From IMG/VR virus record IMGVR_UViG_3300033144_005510: DNA of 49,580 nucleotides. The stretch is one strand, 5' to 3'. Position 1 is the stretch's first letter, and every line of letters begins with the position of its first letter. This document shows positions 36,501 through 43,633 of the stretch, one piece after another. The DNA is from a virus (lineage: Duplodnaviria > Heunggongvirae > Uroviricota > Caudoviricetes). The position numbers and the translations under genes were made by a program. The notes under the pieces were generated by a model. The model was not told the origin of the DNA. It saw nothing but the letters and a program-made list of their open reading frames with translations, and ran no database searches.

Positions 36501-39500
36501 GTTCTCAAGAATTTTCTTTTGCAACGAATGAAACCATTACGTCAAATGATAATTTTAACTTCCTTGACAACGGGTTTATCAAGGGGATGCAAATTATTGT
36601 TGATGGTAGTGCGAGTAATGATGGAAGATATGTTTTAAGCAATGTTTCAAGTGGTGTGCTTACTGTAGATAGATATCAATCAAGTATCGCAGGAGATGAT
36701 TTAACAACTGAAAATAATGTTGGCAATGGACTTACTATTAATGGTAGTTGCCAAATCATTACCTTAGATGCTGGGGATGATATTAGTGATCAAGGTCCAG
36801 AAAACGGTGGTGAAAACAGAAATGGTTCCATGTGTGCAAAAATTGATAATATTGGTTGGTACGATATTACTGCTGTTACTGCCAGTGGAATAACTGTTGG
36901 TTCAGCGTTTACAAACGAAACCAATTCTAAAATTTGCACTCTTGAAACTGGTGGTTTAGTAGAAGCGAGCGGTGCTTCCCCAGGAGATTTTGTGGCTGAC
37001 GGATTTATTGAGGGTATGTCTCTTGTAGTCAATGGAACGGCTTCTAATGATGGAAGATATACTATTGCTAATGTAAGTACAACAAAACTAGGTATGATCG
37101 GTAGCTTTACTGATCAAATGACCGAAGAATTAAATGTTACTTCTACTGCTACATTAGATGGAAATGGAGCTGCTTATTATACTGATCCAACTGGTTATAA
37201 CCCAGGAGAAAATGGATTTGGTCAAAATAATTCACCAAGCTATGGTGAATCTATTACTATTTCTCAAGTTGGTGGAACTGCCAGTAATCCACTTATTATT
37301 AGAGGTAATGGTGATGTTAGAACTCCTCGCTGGACTATTGCGAATGACTGGATTTGGTTTGATAATATAAAGTTTGAGCCTATAATGAGAAATCGGATTA
37401 ATGATACGTCATCGTCTTTTGTAAATACCGTCGTTATTAATGCTAAAGGAGGCGGCTTGTCACATGATGGAATTATGATGACTCGCTGTGAATTAAGTTG
37501 GGACAAGTGCCAAACTTATGATCTAAACGGTGAAGGTATTGAAAACGTAAAAGACGGATATTGGCATAATATAGCCGCTCAAGTTGTTGCATCAGACAAT
37601 GATATTGTTTCGCATATGTATGTATCAGACTTTACGGTTGGGGCTACTGTGCAGAATGGTATAGATAATACGCCTGATACTACTAACAATTTCAATAACA
37701 AACCTTCTAATACTGGATGGATGATAAGAGAAGGTTTTGAAGTTCGGTCGACTGCGGGAACTATGATTTATTCCACTTTCTTTAATACCATGGATGCTTG
37801 GAGTGCTGGTGGAACAGGTGCTGCAAACGAGGGAGAAGCATGTGGCAATGATTTTTGGAACATAAAAACCGTTCAACATTATGACGACATTATTGAAAGC
37901 GATTATTGTGGTTGGGGCAACCATATAAGGGAGCACAGGCACTCAAAATACAGAAAGCAAGAAAGAAACCCCATTGGTCATCCTGGTGCTTCTAGTGTTA
38001 GAAGTACTCTTGACGGTATTTCGGTATGGTCTCTTGGTCAAGGAGGAACCTGGACTTTTGGACATTATCAGTCTTACATACAGGGAACTGGCATTAGTAT
38101 TAAGACTGATAGTACCACCTTTTTGAAACTTAGACCGCCGTTGGATGCTAACAGCTTGAGTTCAGCTCATTCTCATATGTGGTGGAACAGAGGACAAGGA
38201 AGCTCGTCCTCGGTGTATCAGGTTCCTGGTCAATCAAATGGTTTGTGTTGGGCGGGTAATTACTGGGCAGCCAGAAGACATGTAGCAGGTAGTGATACAT
38301 TTGGCGATGACTTGTTCCAAGAAACTGGAGGTTCTTCTCTTGGTGGCGTCATGAAGGGAGAAATGTGGTGGGACAAAAATTCGTATTATGAATTATGGGG
38401 CGATGTTCAATACAGTGGTCCTGGTTCTCGTCAAGGTTATCCTGGCACATCAATAGCTGCTATTAGGGATACTTGGAGTCAAGCAAGAGATGTAAAAGTT
38501 GATGAAAACTCTGTAGAAGACCTTAACATAAGATCTGAAAGAAGTGATGAAACAACTTCTGATGATACTTTAAGTTTCAATAATGCAAACCCAGATACTA
38601 TAACAAGAAGTACTGGAAGCTTTGTAACAGACGGTTATTCGGCTGGCATGACTGTCACCGTTCTTGGTAGTGCTAGTAATGACGGGACTTATACTGTAGC
38701 TGCTGGAGGCGTTGCTGCTACAACTTTGACTTTAGAAGGTACAGATTCTCTAACTGCTGAAAGTTCCGTTGGTAATGCAACGGCATCTGCTAGTGGAAGT
38801 AGAACCTTTAAGTTCGTTTCTCTTTTCGGTGATGGTGGTGTTGATTATGTTGAATGTAGTAGCGGTAGCTTTATTACCGATGGATTTAAAGCTGGTCAAT
38901 ATCTAACGGTTACTGGTGTTGGTTCAAAAGACAATAATGGTGAATACAGAATAGCAAATGTGACCGCTAGTAGAATTGAGCTTAATACTCATGACCGATT
39001 TATCAATGAAGGTCCATTAGATGGTTCTACCGCAAATACTTGTACTTTGACTGGAAAAACCATTGTTAAGGGAGAAAAACAGGTAACATCAGTTTTCTTA
39101 AATCCTCCACAGATGCCTGTTGACGTAAAGAAAACCCCGCATGAACAATTAGGAAATTCTCCTGAGAATGGTGTTCGTAGTTACTGGGAAACAGAATTTA
39201 ACGACGGTGCTAAAGGAACCATGGATTTGGTTAAAGCCAATCCTACTGGTACTATGTATGGTGCTGGTGTTCAAGATTCTGATTTTGATGGCGCGGAAAT
39301 GTTTTTGAATCCTTATCTTGATAATGCAGTTGATTCTGGTATTATTAATAAGCTTAGTCTGCCTACCAAATCTGCTAGAGATATTGGTCCAGGGGATACG
39401 GCTATGGGATCTTATCCAGTTGGCACAAGATCGTATACTGATTATCTCGCCTATCAGCTTCCCGACGGTTGGGAAGTAAAAGGAAGCGTTCCTGCTGGAT

Positions 39501-39616
39501 TAGGTATTGTTTCTGGCTCAGGAGAGCAAAGAATTATTGTTGGTAGAACAGACAACACTGTGGCCGTATTGGTTGAATTTGAGCCAGGGAATAATCCTTA
39601 TAATGGCATCTTGTAG
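30554..39616 (+). CDS. giant 3020-aa virion adhesin/depolymerase: anchor, 7 cadherin-like repeats, beta-helix, Fn3, second beta-helix, ~11 inserted beta modules
   Basis: Single uninterrupted ORF; VLxNDTDPEG...LNxDGSxxYTH repeats; VYNNT/LKNNV beta-helix rungs; NLAPDTEYEVKI Fn3; HYDDIIESD beta-helix motif; no signal peptide. Confidence 0.8.
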   Translation: MANTVKNNQGGDSGNSNNGRIIIKTGRINTQSLDSIGYSTFPIEDFDNNGLGEGPNLDIRFDEIRYWTGDLAADGSGNLPPISSNNFYTLNQGDSLVVASGDGVLSNDTDPNGDPLTASVTVYPTYATAGYRDASPSELFVFTAPSNLSVTNVDLTVDGFASGQALTIAGTTLNDGVYTINTVTAGVITVDETFTNEGPLLAGSASGTGFIFNSDGSFTYFHDDSAVNSDSFTYAATDPSGLSDTATASFTIDLKPTANNNSYDPPTYVIQQGEANYLVNAANGVLVNDSDPEGDVFPDLTAAVVATTSNGTLILNADGSFDYTHNDTVTSGDTFTYNVTDSAGNVSNTASVNLYINPRPTANDISAPVVCQQSGVINVIAASGALSNDTDPEGQALTASLVSGPSNASAFTLNADGSYDYTHDGTATSGDSFTYNAVDIYGGVSSASGTVSITINLTPDANNITAPVVVQQSGTINIPAVSGVLSNDTDPEGGGLTASLVSGPDNSSSFTLNTDGSYNYTHDGTATSGDAFVYTATDNNGASDNATCSITINLTPNANNITAPELVQQSGTINIGAVSGVLSNDTDPENGTLTSTILSSPSNASSFTLNSDGSYDYTHDGTATSGDSFTYTLSDGAGGTDTARCDITINLWPNANNDTSPITCPNSGTINIPAVSGVLANDTDPEGQTLTATVLASPSNASAFTLNSDGSYDYTHDGSATSGDFFTYTASDGQGGSDTARCDITIEVAGTPIANDDAASVDNDTITSGVVLIDVLANDTDPNSLPLTINAFTQPSSGIVTQVGEELQYTANAGFHGSDTFYYDCTNGSLVSNSGQVDVTVNLVSRTVLIGSTGDYANWTAFCQSNSGEYAFSDPSEAGALPLTAIFIEGEVHTAARYTHDYFQGTWDEIATELTVTSQGFTGKPYGTPGGNGTILEHNYSDNGFGHGNNANLFGKITWTEIEIDAPNSNGANRGLFTFRYCPNLDFTVDRCLLHGYTNNNSLGGLFHCRDDHGEIKITNNLIYGLQGTGSSVGMFLSVTPAEEADNSIRVYNNTVLDCEVNNLTSSLIKVLNTDKVDLKNNVLTCSGTRPATLARNSVEGDANREFTFNDVDPDTITAGGASPGSFITDGFESGMNVIVNGTTSNNGTYKITAVAATTLTLDAAETLTSEGPVGSGCILSAGTFVNSNSEGNVLDDNSGSDNDIFNIAIYESGETSDVYVNPSLTNLDLTHKSTSPAINVATTLTLASGIDINYITQPALDFVDRVSGAANWNAGASTDVASGAPLSMPAWEDTWVRYDEILTEPSGTLLMSRKEFRDGFGAVIHDNTDTINMTASRVDDNGVLRIIGGSASGNYDIDAQDEMMTFLRSLKHQTHIKAVDSSATEYVSPSGNIFGIISDQINTNSPSPKHSSTFAAVSEMICYPTTDSLFIEQGIEGDSKLVARGNLQYRRRLDPPSGEWRTTLGMHRVHPTYGIGDTDGTKYWNTLNGMISNLAPDTEYEVKIDVSVQSSPISGEATADGVAITFVDDVTDYFMCTADLENPADQNNTDTINVSRLSSIDQEAFRPFVSGMIVTVSNSSSNDGNYEIDSVTYETPTAIVASAGRTLTFTAAGNTITGSTGDFVADGVKPGMSLTVTGTSNNNETYAVSSVTSSVIDCAGSPVMTDEGPLSSSATLTPFGTSMTVSSGTLTSEGPSFSAQIQGTLTPSGTASYEMTAKTKALPREGIGVIIAEGIDTSREFTFTDSLGAPDTITCPSGSFITDGFASGNLLTVLGTANNNGQYTINAVTAGTLTLDSGDSLVNEGPIGSGVVLGAKNVWNVYNRAELDTVLADSVNVASGDIIIMHEDDRVATQVQASASRILNFKQATKVQASATNTLTFTAGTNEVTRSDGGSFIDDGYASGMQLRVCGQNGFFATPNRRITLVEGGGSNDTIRISAGDVLADGWEVGMGITLDGMGNDKVVTIDSVASSGANQASGITGSQEFSFATNETITSNDNFNFLDNGFIKGMQIIVDGSASNDGRYVLSNVSSGVLTVDRYQSSIAGDDLTTENNVGNGLTINGSCQIITLDAGDDISDQGPENGGENRNGSMCAKIDNIGWYDITAVTASGITVGSAFTNETNSKICTLETGGLVEASGASPGDFVADGFIEGMSLVVNGTASNDGRYTIANVSTTKLGMIGSFTDQMTEELNVTSTATLDGNGAAYYTDPTGYNPGENGFGQNNSPSYGESITISQVGGTASNPLIIRGNGDVRTPRWTIANDWIWFDNIKFEPIMRNRINDTSSSFVNTVVINAKGGGLSHDGIMMTRCELSWDKCQTYDLNGEGIENVKDGYWHNIAAQVVASDNDIVSHMYVSDFTVGATVQNGIDNTPDTTNNFNNKPSNTGWMIREGFEVRSTAGTMIYSTFFNTMDAWSAGGTGAANEGEACGNDFWNIKTVQHYDDIIESDYCGWGNHIREHRHSKYRKQERNPIGHPGASSVRSTLDGISVWSLGQGGTWTFGHYQSYIQGTGISIKTDSTTFLKLRPPLDANSLSSAHSHMWWNRGQGSSSSVYQVPGQSNGLCWAGNYWAARRHVAGSDTFGDDLFQETGGSSLGGVMKGEMWWDKNSYYELWGDVQYSGPGSRQGYPGTSIAAIRDTWSQARDVKVDENSVEDLNIRSERSDETTSDDTLSFNNANPDTITRSTGSFVTDGYSAGMTVTVLGSASNDGTYTVAAGGVAATTLTLEGTDSLTAESSVGNATASASGSRTFKFVSLFGDGGVDYVECSSGSFITDGFKAGQYLTVTGVGSKDNNGEYRIANVTASRIELNTHDRFINEGPLDGSTANTCTLTGKTIVKGEKQVTSVFLNPPQMPVDVKKTPHEQLGNSPENGVRSYWETEFNDGAKGTMDLVKANPTGTMYGAGVQDSDFDGAEMFLNPYLDNAVDSGIINKLSLPTKSARDIGPGDTAMGSYPVGTRSYTDYLAYQLPDGWEVKGSVPAGLGIVSGSGEQRIIVGRTDNTVAVLVEFEPGNNPYNGIL
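30791..33079 (+). repeat. seven tandem ~97-aa cadherin-like (Big_9/tandem-95-type) Ig repeats
   Basis: Each has P.AN..., NDTDP.G and (in six) LNxDGS.xY.H, closing with D.FTY...D; repeats 3-6 are the most similar. Confidence 0.85.
30935..39060 (+). repeat. dispersed and nested ~75-90 aa beta module, about 11 copies
   Basis: Consensus R.(L/F)TF...TI....G.F..DG(F/Y)..G(M/Q)...V.G...N(N/D)G.Y.I..V.....L..EGP; cores near 31025, 33941, 35258, 35432, 35843, 36251, 36389, 36566, 36998, 38629, 38879. Confidence 0.85.
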
Positions 39617-39679
39617 GTGTTCATCCTGGCAATTGATGATACTTATAATAACTAACTTTATTTAATAAGGCTTAAACAC

Positions 39680-39904
39680 ATGGCTAATACTGTTAAAAAT
39701 AATGCTGGTGGTGATACTGGTCAAGTCCAAAACGGTATCACAACTATCAAGACTGGTCGAACAACTGTTCAACAGTTGAATTCTCCTGGTTTTGATGATA
39801 CTTTTGATATCGCAAGCTTTGATTTAGACGCGACTCCTCAAGATGGTACTAATCTTGACGAACGTTTTGATGATCCCCGTTACTATACTGGCGATGCTCC
39901 ATAG
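39680..39904 (+). CDS. 74-aa standalone paralog of the giant protein N-terminus (putative anchor protein)
   Basis: 40 of 74 residues identical to 30554 N-terminus by manual alignment (MANTVKNN.GGD.G...NG...IKTGR...NLD.RFD..RY.TGD). Confidence 0.8.
   Translation: MANTVKNNAGGDTGQVQNGITTIKTGRTTVQQLNSPGFDDTFDIASFDLDATPQDGTNLDERFDDPRYYTGDAP
39798..39818 (+). repeat. 21-nt exact direct repeat, copy 1
   Basis: ATACTTTTGATATCGCAAGCT, identical to 43965-43985. Confidence 0.85.
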
Positions 39905-39913
39905 GCGTAAAAT

Positions 39914-40444
39914 ATGTCTACAAATCCTTTTAATGGCATGATTACCGATAGTTTTAAGCAGTTGCATGTAAACATGATAACCGAGGTTATTCGAGGTTGT
40001 TCTGTTGATTGTAAGCTGTATTTCGGCGTTACAAAATATAGTGATTGTGCTAATTGCGTTTATGATCCAATTGGAAATAAATCCGCAAATAGATATCAAA
40101 CAGGAGGTCCAGCCCCATTTGCCATGGGTCAATGTCCTATGTGCGGTGGTGCTGGAAAAATAGCAGACGAGCAAACCGAAGACATTAAACTTTGTCCTCT
40201 TTATGATTACAAAAGTTGGATTCCAGGCATTAGTTCAAATGTTCAATCTCCAGAAGGCTTTGTTCAAACCGTTAGTGCTTTTAGTACATTTTCTACTTTA
40301 CGTAGAGCAAAAGAAATTATTATAGACACTTCTCTAGATAAGATAGTTAGGCCTCGTTTTGAAATACATAGTGAGCCAGAACCTTGCGGAATGGGGGCTA
40401 GTGATTTTTGTTTAACAATGTGGAAGAGAATAGAAAATGGCTAA
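39914..40444 (+). CDS. head closure / neck protein with two CxxC pairs
   Basis: DCANC and CPMCGG motifs; synteny with neck genes (inference). Confidence 0.55.
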   Translation: MSTNPFNGMITDSFKQLHVNMITEVIRGCSVDCKLYFGVTKYSDCANCVYDPIGNKSANRYQTGGPAPFAMGQCPMCGGAGKIADEQTEDIKLCPLYDYKSWIPGISSNVQSPEGFVQTVSAFSTFSTLRRAKEIIIDTSLDKIVRPRFEIHSEPEPCGMGASDFCLTMWKRIENG

Positions 40445-41093
40445 AGCGTCATTAAAATTAGTCGAGAGTAAAAAAGAAATAGAAAAAAGGATTGTAAAAG
40501 CTCTCGCTATAGATATAAATAAAGCTTTAGATAAAGTTATTACACGTTCTTTAAAGCCAATTCAAGATTTAGTAAAAATTTCAATATTAAATCAACCTGA
40601 AGTCTCTTCTTTAAGTGGGGGCCAGTTGGCTGGAGAATTTGGTTTGCCAGACGGAAGAAATAGAATTGAAAGTATTGTTCAGATATGGACTAAAGGAATA
40701 AAAATTTCTAAAAATAAAGCTATTTTAAAAAATGGTAAAATACAAGCTGGTTTTACTATAAACATGGTTCCAAGCGACTATTCCGATGTTTTAAGCAGTC
40801 CCTTTGCTGCTTTAGTAACCGAAAAAGGACAGCAGTTAAACTGGCTTGAGTGGCTTCTTAGATTTGGAGATAGGGCCATAATTAGGGATTATAATATTAC
40901 TTTTGATAGTTCTAAAACAAAGCGTTCTAGAACTGGTATTGCTATCATGCAAGGTGCAAGAGGGTCTACTTGGAGAGTCCCTCCTCAGTTTGCTGGAACT
41001 GATAATAATAATTTTGTTACTAGGGCTTTGGATGATATTCAAGATGAAGTTACGTTAATAATTCAAAATCAATTAAAATCAGCTATACGGTAG
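40437..41093 (+). CDS. neck / tail completion protein
   Basis: Basic protein ending WRVPPQFAGTDNNNFVTRAL; position between closure and terminator genes. Confidence 0.5.
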   Translation: MAKASLKLVESKKEIEKRIVKALAIDINKALDKVITRSLKPIQDLVKISILNQPEVSSLSGGQLAGEFGLPDGRNRIESIVQIWTKGIKISKNKAILKNGKIQAGFTINMVPSDYSDVLSSPFAALVTEKGQQLNWLEWLLRFGDRAIIRDYNITFDSSKTKRSRTGIAIMQGARGSTWRVPPQFAGTDNNNFVTRALDDIQDEVTLIIQNQLKSAIR

Positions 41094-41103
41094 GTTTACA
41101 GTC

Positions 41104-42072
41104 ATGCCTTCAACAAATTATTCATTTAAGCAGGTTAATCACATTGGTGATACATACCTTATGAATAAACTAGAAGTTAATTTAAAAACATGGTTCGACT
41201 GGGCTTTGTTACGTGCTGGTGGCTGGACAAATGTAAGTATTCCATTGCCAGGAGCATACGGTGGTGATTTTAGCACTTTGAGACAAGTTGATGATCCATC
41301 TTACACTGCTGGAACAGTATGGGAGTCGGTTAGAAAAGATTGGGTATGGGAAACTGGGGTAGATTATGTTGGTACGGATACGGTAACTTATAATCCAACT
41401 AGTCCAGCCGTAGTTCAAGTGGACAGTGTTGTAACTGCACCAGATCATATTAATTATCCTTTAGGAAGAGTTATTTTTGCAACTCCCATATCCTCTAGTT
41501 CGACTGTACAGGCTCAATATAGTTATAGATATGCTCAAGTTTATCGTGCCGATGATGTTCCGTGGTGGAATGAATTACAATATCGTTCATTTAGACCAGA
41601 CGATGTTCAGTTTACAGAACTAGAAGATGGTAGCTGGTCTGTTGGTTCTCAACATAGATTTCAAATGCCTTGCGTAATTATTGAGGCGGTTCCTAGATCT
41701 ATGTCTCGACCTTATCAGTTAGGAGATGGTGCTGCTTGGGTGGAGCAAGATGTGCTAGTTCATGTTTTAGCTGAAAATAGAAATGATAGAAATAAACTTG
41801 TCGATATTTTTCGCGGCCAATTTGACGCAAGTATCGACTTATTTGACAATGACGCAATAGCTGCTGCTGATGCTTATCCTCTGGACTATAGAGGAGAAAT
41901 TGTGGATAGTTCCCAAACGTATCCAGCTTTAGTTAATCCAGATACAGGTTATGTTTGGAACCAGTCTTCTGTTAGATTTAGTCGGACAGAAGTGGCTGAA
42001 GTAGAATCTTTGAATTCTAGACTTTTTGAAGGTGTGGTTAGAATGACTTGTGAGATTATTTTAAATGATTAG
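41104..42072 (+). CDS. tail terminator-like protein with an inserted beta domain
   Basis: QMPCVIIEAV...VEQDVLVHVLAENRNDRNKLVDIF pattern just before the tail tube gene. Confidence 0.55.
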   Translation: MPSTNYSFKQVNHIGDTYLMNKLEVNLKTWFDWALLRAGGWTNVSIPLPGAYGGDFSTLRQVDDPSYTAGTVWESVRKDWVWETGVDYVGTDTVTYNPTSPAVVQVDSVVTAPDHINYPLGRVIFATPISSSSTVQAQYSYRYAQVYRADDVPWWNELQYRSFRPDDVQFTELEDGSWSVGSQHRFQMPCVIIEAVPRSMSRPYQLGDGAAWVEQDVLVHVLAENRNDRNKLVDIFRGQFDASIDLFDNDAIAAADAYPLDYRGEIVDSSQTYPALVNPDTGYVWNQSSVRFSRTEVAEVESLNSRLFEGVVRMTCEIILND

Positions 42073-42087
42073 TTTTTTCCCTTAATC

Positions 42088-42097
42088 GGTGTATAAT
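42088..42097 (+). promoter_or_regulatory. late promoter GGTGTATAAT
   Basis: Exact intergenic motif upstream of the tail tube gene. Confidence 0.7.
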
Positions 42098-42186
42098 TAT
42101 GCACAAACAGCGCCCATATTTTAATTAAAATATTATATTTTTTCGAAAAAATTGAAGTCATCTATTCCTAAAAGGAGAGTTTTCTG

Positions 42187-43422
42187 ATGGCAGAGCAAGA
42201 AAATAAAAGAATTTATTATGCTGTTCAGCAAGTTGGTCTTAAAGCCGACCCTCAGTCGGGTGGCCTTAAAACAGCTGGTTTTACAGAGATTCACGGTGTT
42301 CAATCAGTTGGTATTTCTACCAATTTTAACCTTGAACAGGTTTTCGAACTTGGTCAATTGGCTATTTACGAAAATATCGAAGAAATTCCCGACATCGAAG
42401 TTACTATGAATAAAGTACTCGATGGGTATCCTTTGATGTATCACTTGGCTACTAGAACAGCTGATACTCCTGACTTAGCAGGAAGATCTAATGAAAAGTC
42501 AATTTTTGCTCTAGGTATCTTTAAAGATAATGCACAGTCTGCGGCAGAAGATAATCCTAGATCTCAGGTTGAATGTTCTGGTATGTTTGTAAGTAGTCTT
42601 TCTTACAATTTCCCTCTAGATGATAACTTTAATGAAGATATTACTCTTGTTGGTAATAACAAGTTATGGTTAAATGATCCTAAAGCCAATGCTGGCACTG
42701 GCATCGGTTCTCCAGGCGAAGTTCTTTTTAGCGGCGCTTTCACGACTAATAATGACGCACCACTAACTGGTTCTGCTGGTGATCCCCCATTGGGCGGTGT
42801 AAATCGTCGTGAAAACATGATTTTCAATGGTGTTTATAATACCGCGTCGACTTCTGGTGTTGATAGCAATGGTGCATACGGCGACTCGGATTCCACCGTT
42901 CTTCCTCCCGAAGTTTGGGGAATTTCTGACAGTGGTACTAATGAAAAGAGTAACGGTGTTGATTTTGATGCTCATATTTCTAGTATTACTGTTTCTACTG
43001 ATCTTGGTCGAGAAGACATTAATGAGCTTGGTAGAAAAGGTCCATATAGCCGAACCGTTACTTTCCCTGTAGAAGTTACATGTGAAATTGAAGTTACATC
43101 GACTTCTGGTGACATGGTTTCTGCTACTGAAAAAGGTATCCTTACTCCAGTCGCGCAAAGCGCATCGTTCTGTGAGGGTGATAGCGGTAACTTGACCGAT
43201 AGAACTATCCGTATTGCTACTTGTGATGGAACAAGAATTTATCTTGGTCTTAAAAACAAGTTGGCCTCTGTTAATTACAGTGGTGGCGATGCTGGTGGTG
43301 GTAATGTTACAGTTAGTTATTCGTTTACTACGTTTAATGATTTTACTGTCATGCATGTTAACGATCCATCTGCTAATTTTGATTGGATTGATCGTCATAC
43401 ATACTTAGGCGGTACTGAGTAA
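42187..43422 (+). CDS. major tail (tube) protein
   Basis: AAGGAG SD, own promoter and terminator; VQSVGISTNFNLEQVFELGQLAIYEN, REDINELG, GGNVTVSYSFTT beta-tube motifs. Confidence 0.8.
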   Translation: MAEQENKRIYYAVQQVGLKADPQSGGLKTAGFTEIHGVQSVGISTNFNLEQVFELGQLAIYENIEEIPDIEVTMNKVLDGYPLMYHLATRTADTPDLAGRSNEKSIFALGIFKDNAQSAAEDNPRSQVECSGMFVSSLSYNFPLDDNFNEDITLVGNNKLWLNDPKANAGTGIGSPGEVLFSGAFTTNNDAPLTGSAGDPPLGGVNRRENMIFNGVYNTASTSGVDSNGAYGDSDSTVLPPEVWGISDSGTNEKSNGVDFDAHISSITVSTDLGREDINELGRKGPYSRTVTFPVEVTCEIEVTSTSGDMVSATEKGILTPVAQSASFCEGDSGNLTDRTIRIATCDGTRIYLGLKNKLASVNYSGGDAGGGNVTVSYSFTTFNDFTVMHVNDPSANFDWIDRHTYLGGTE

Positions 43423-43433
43423 GACTAAAACTT

Positions 43434-43472
43434 AAAAACGGGGTCTATGAAAAACTAGGCTCCGTTTTTTTT
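43434..43472 (+). terminator. intrinsic terminator
   Basis: AAAACGGGGTCTA/TAGGCTCCGTTTT stem followed by a T run. Confidence 0.8.
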
Positions 43473-43509
43473 ATATAAATATTATATTTTTGTATATAAT
43501 ATTAGGATT

Positions 43510-43589
43510 GGGTTGATAATGTCGCGATAGCCGCCTCTTTTCGAGGTTGAATAGACGAATACCTTGACTGGCAAGTGCTTTATTAACCC
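43510..43589 (+). ncRNA. candidate structured 5' leader or small RNA
   Basis: GGGTTGATAA/TTATTAACCC closing stem enclosing CCTC/GAGG and CTTG/CAAG hairpins; starts ~9 nt after TGTATATAAT (43491-43500). Confidence 0.4.
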
Positions 43590-43633
43590 CTTATTTTATT
43601 AAAACACTTAGGAAAAAGGAAAAAGGAAATTTT

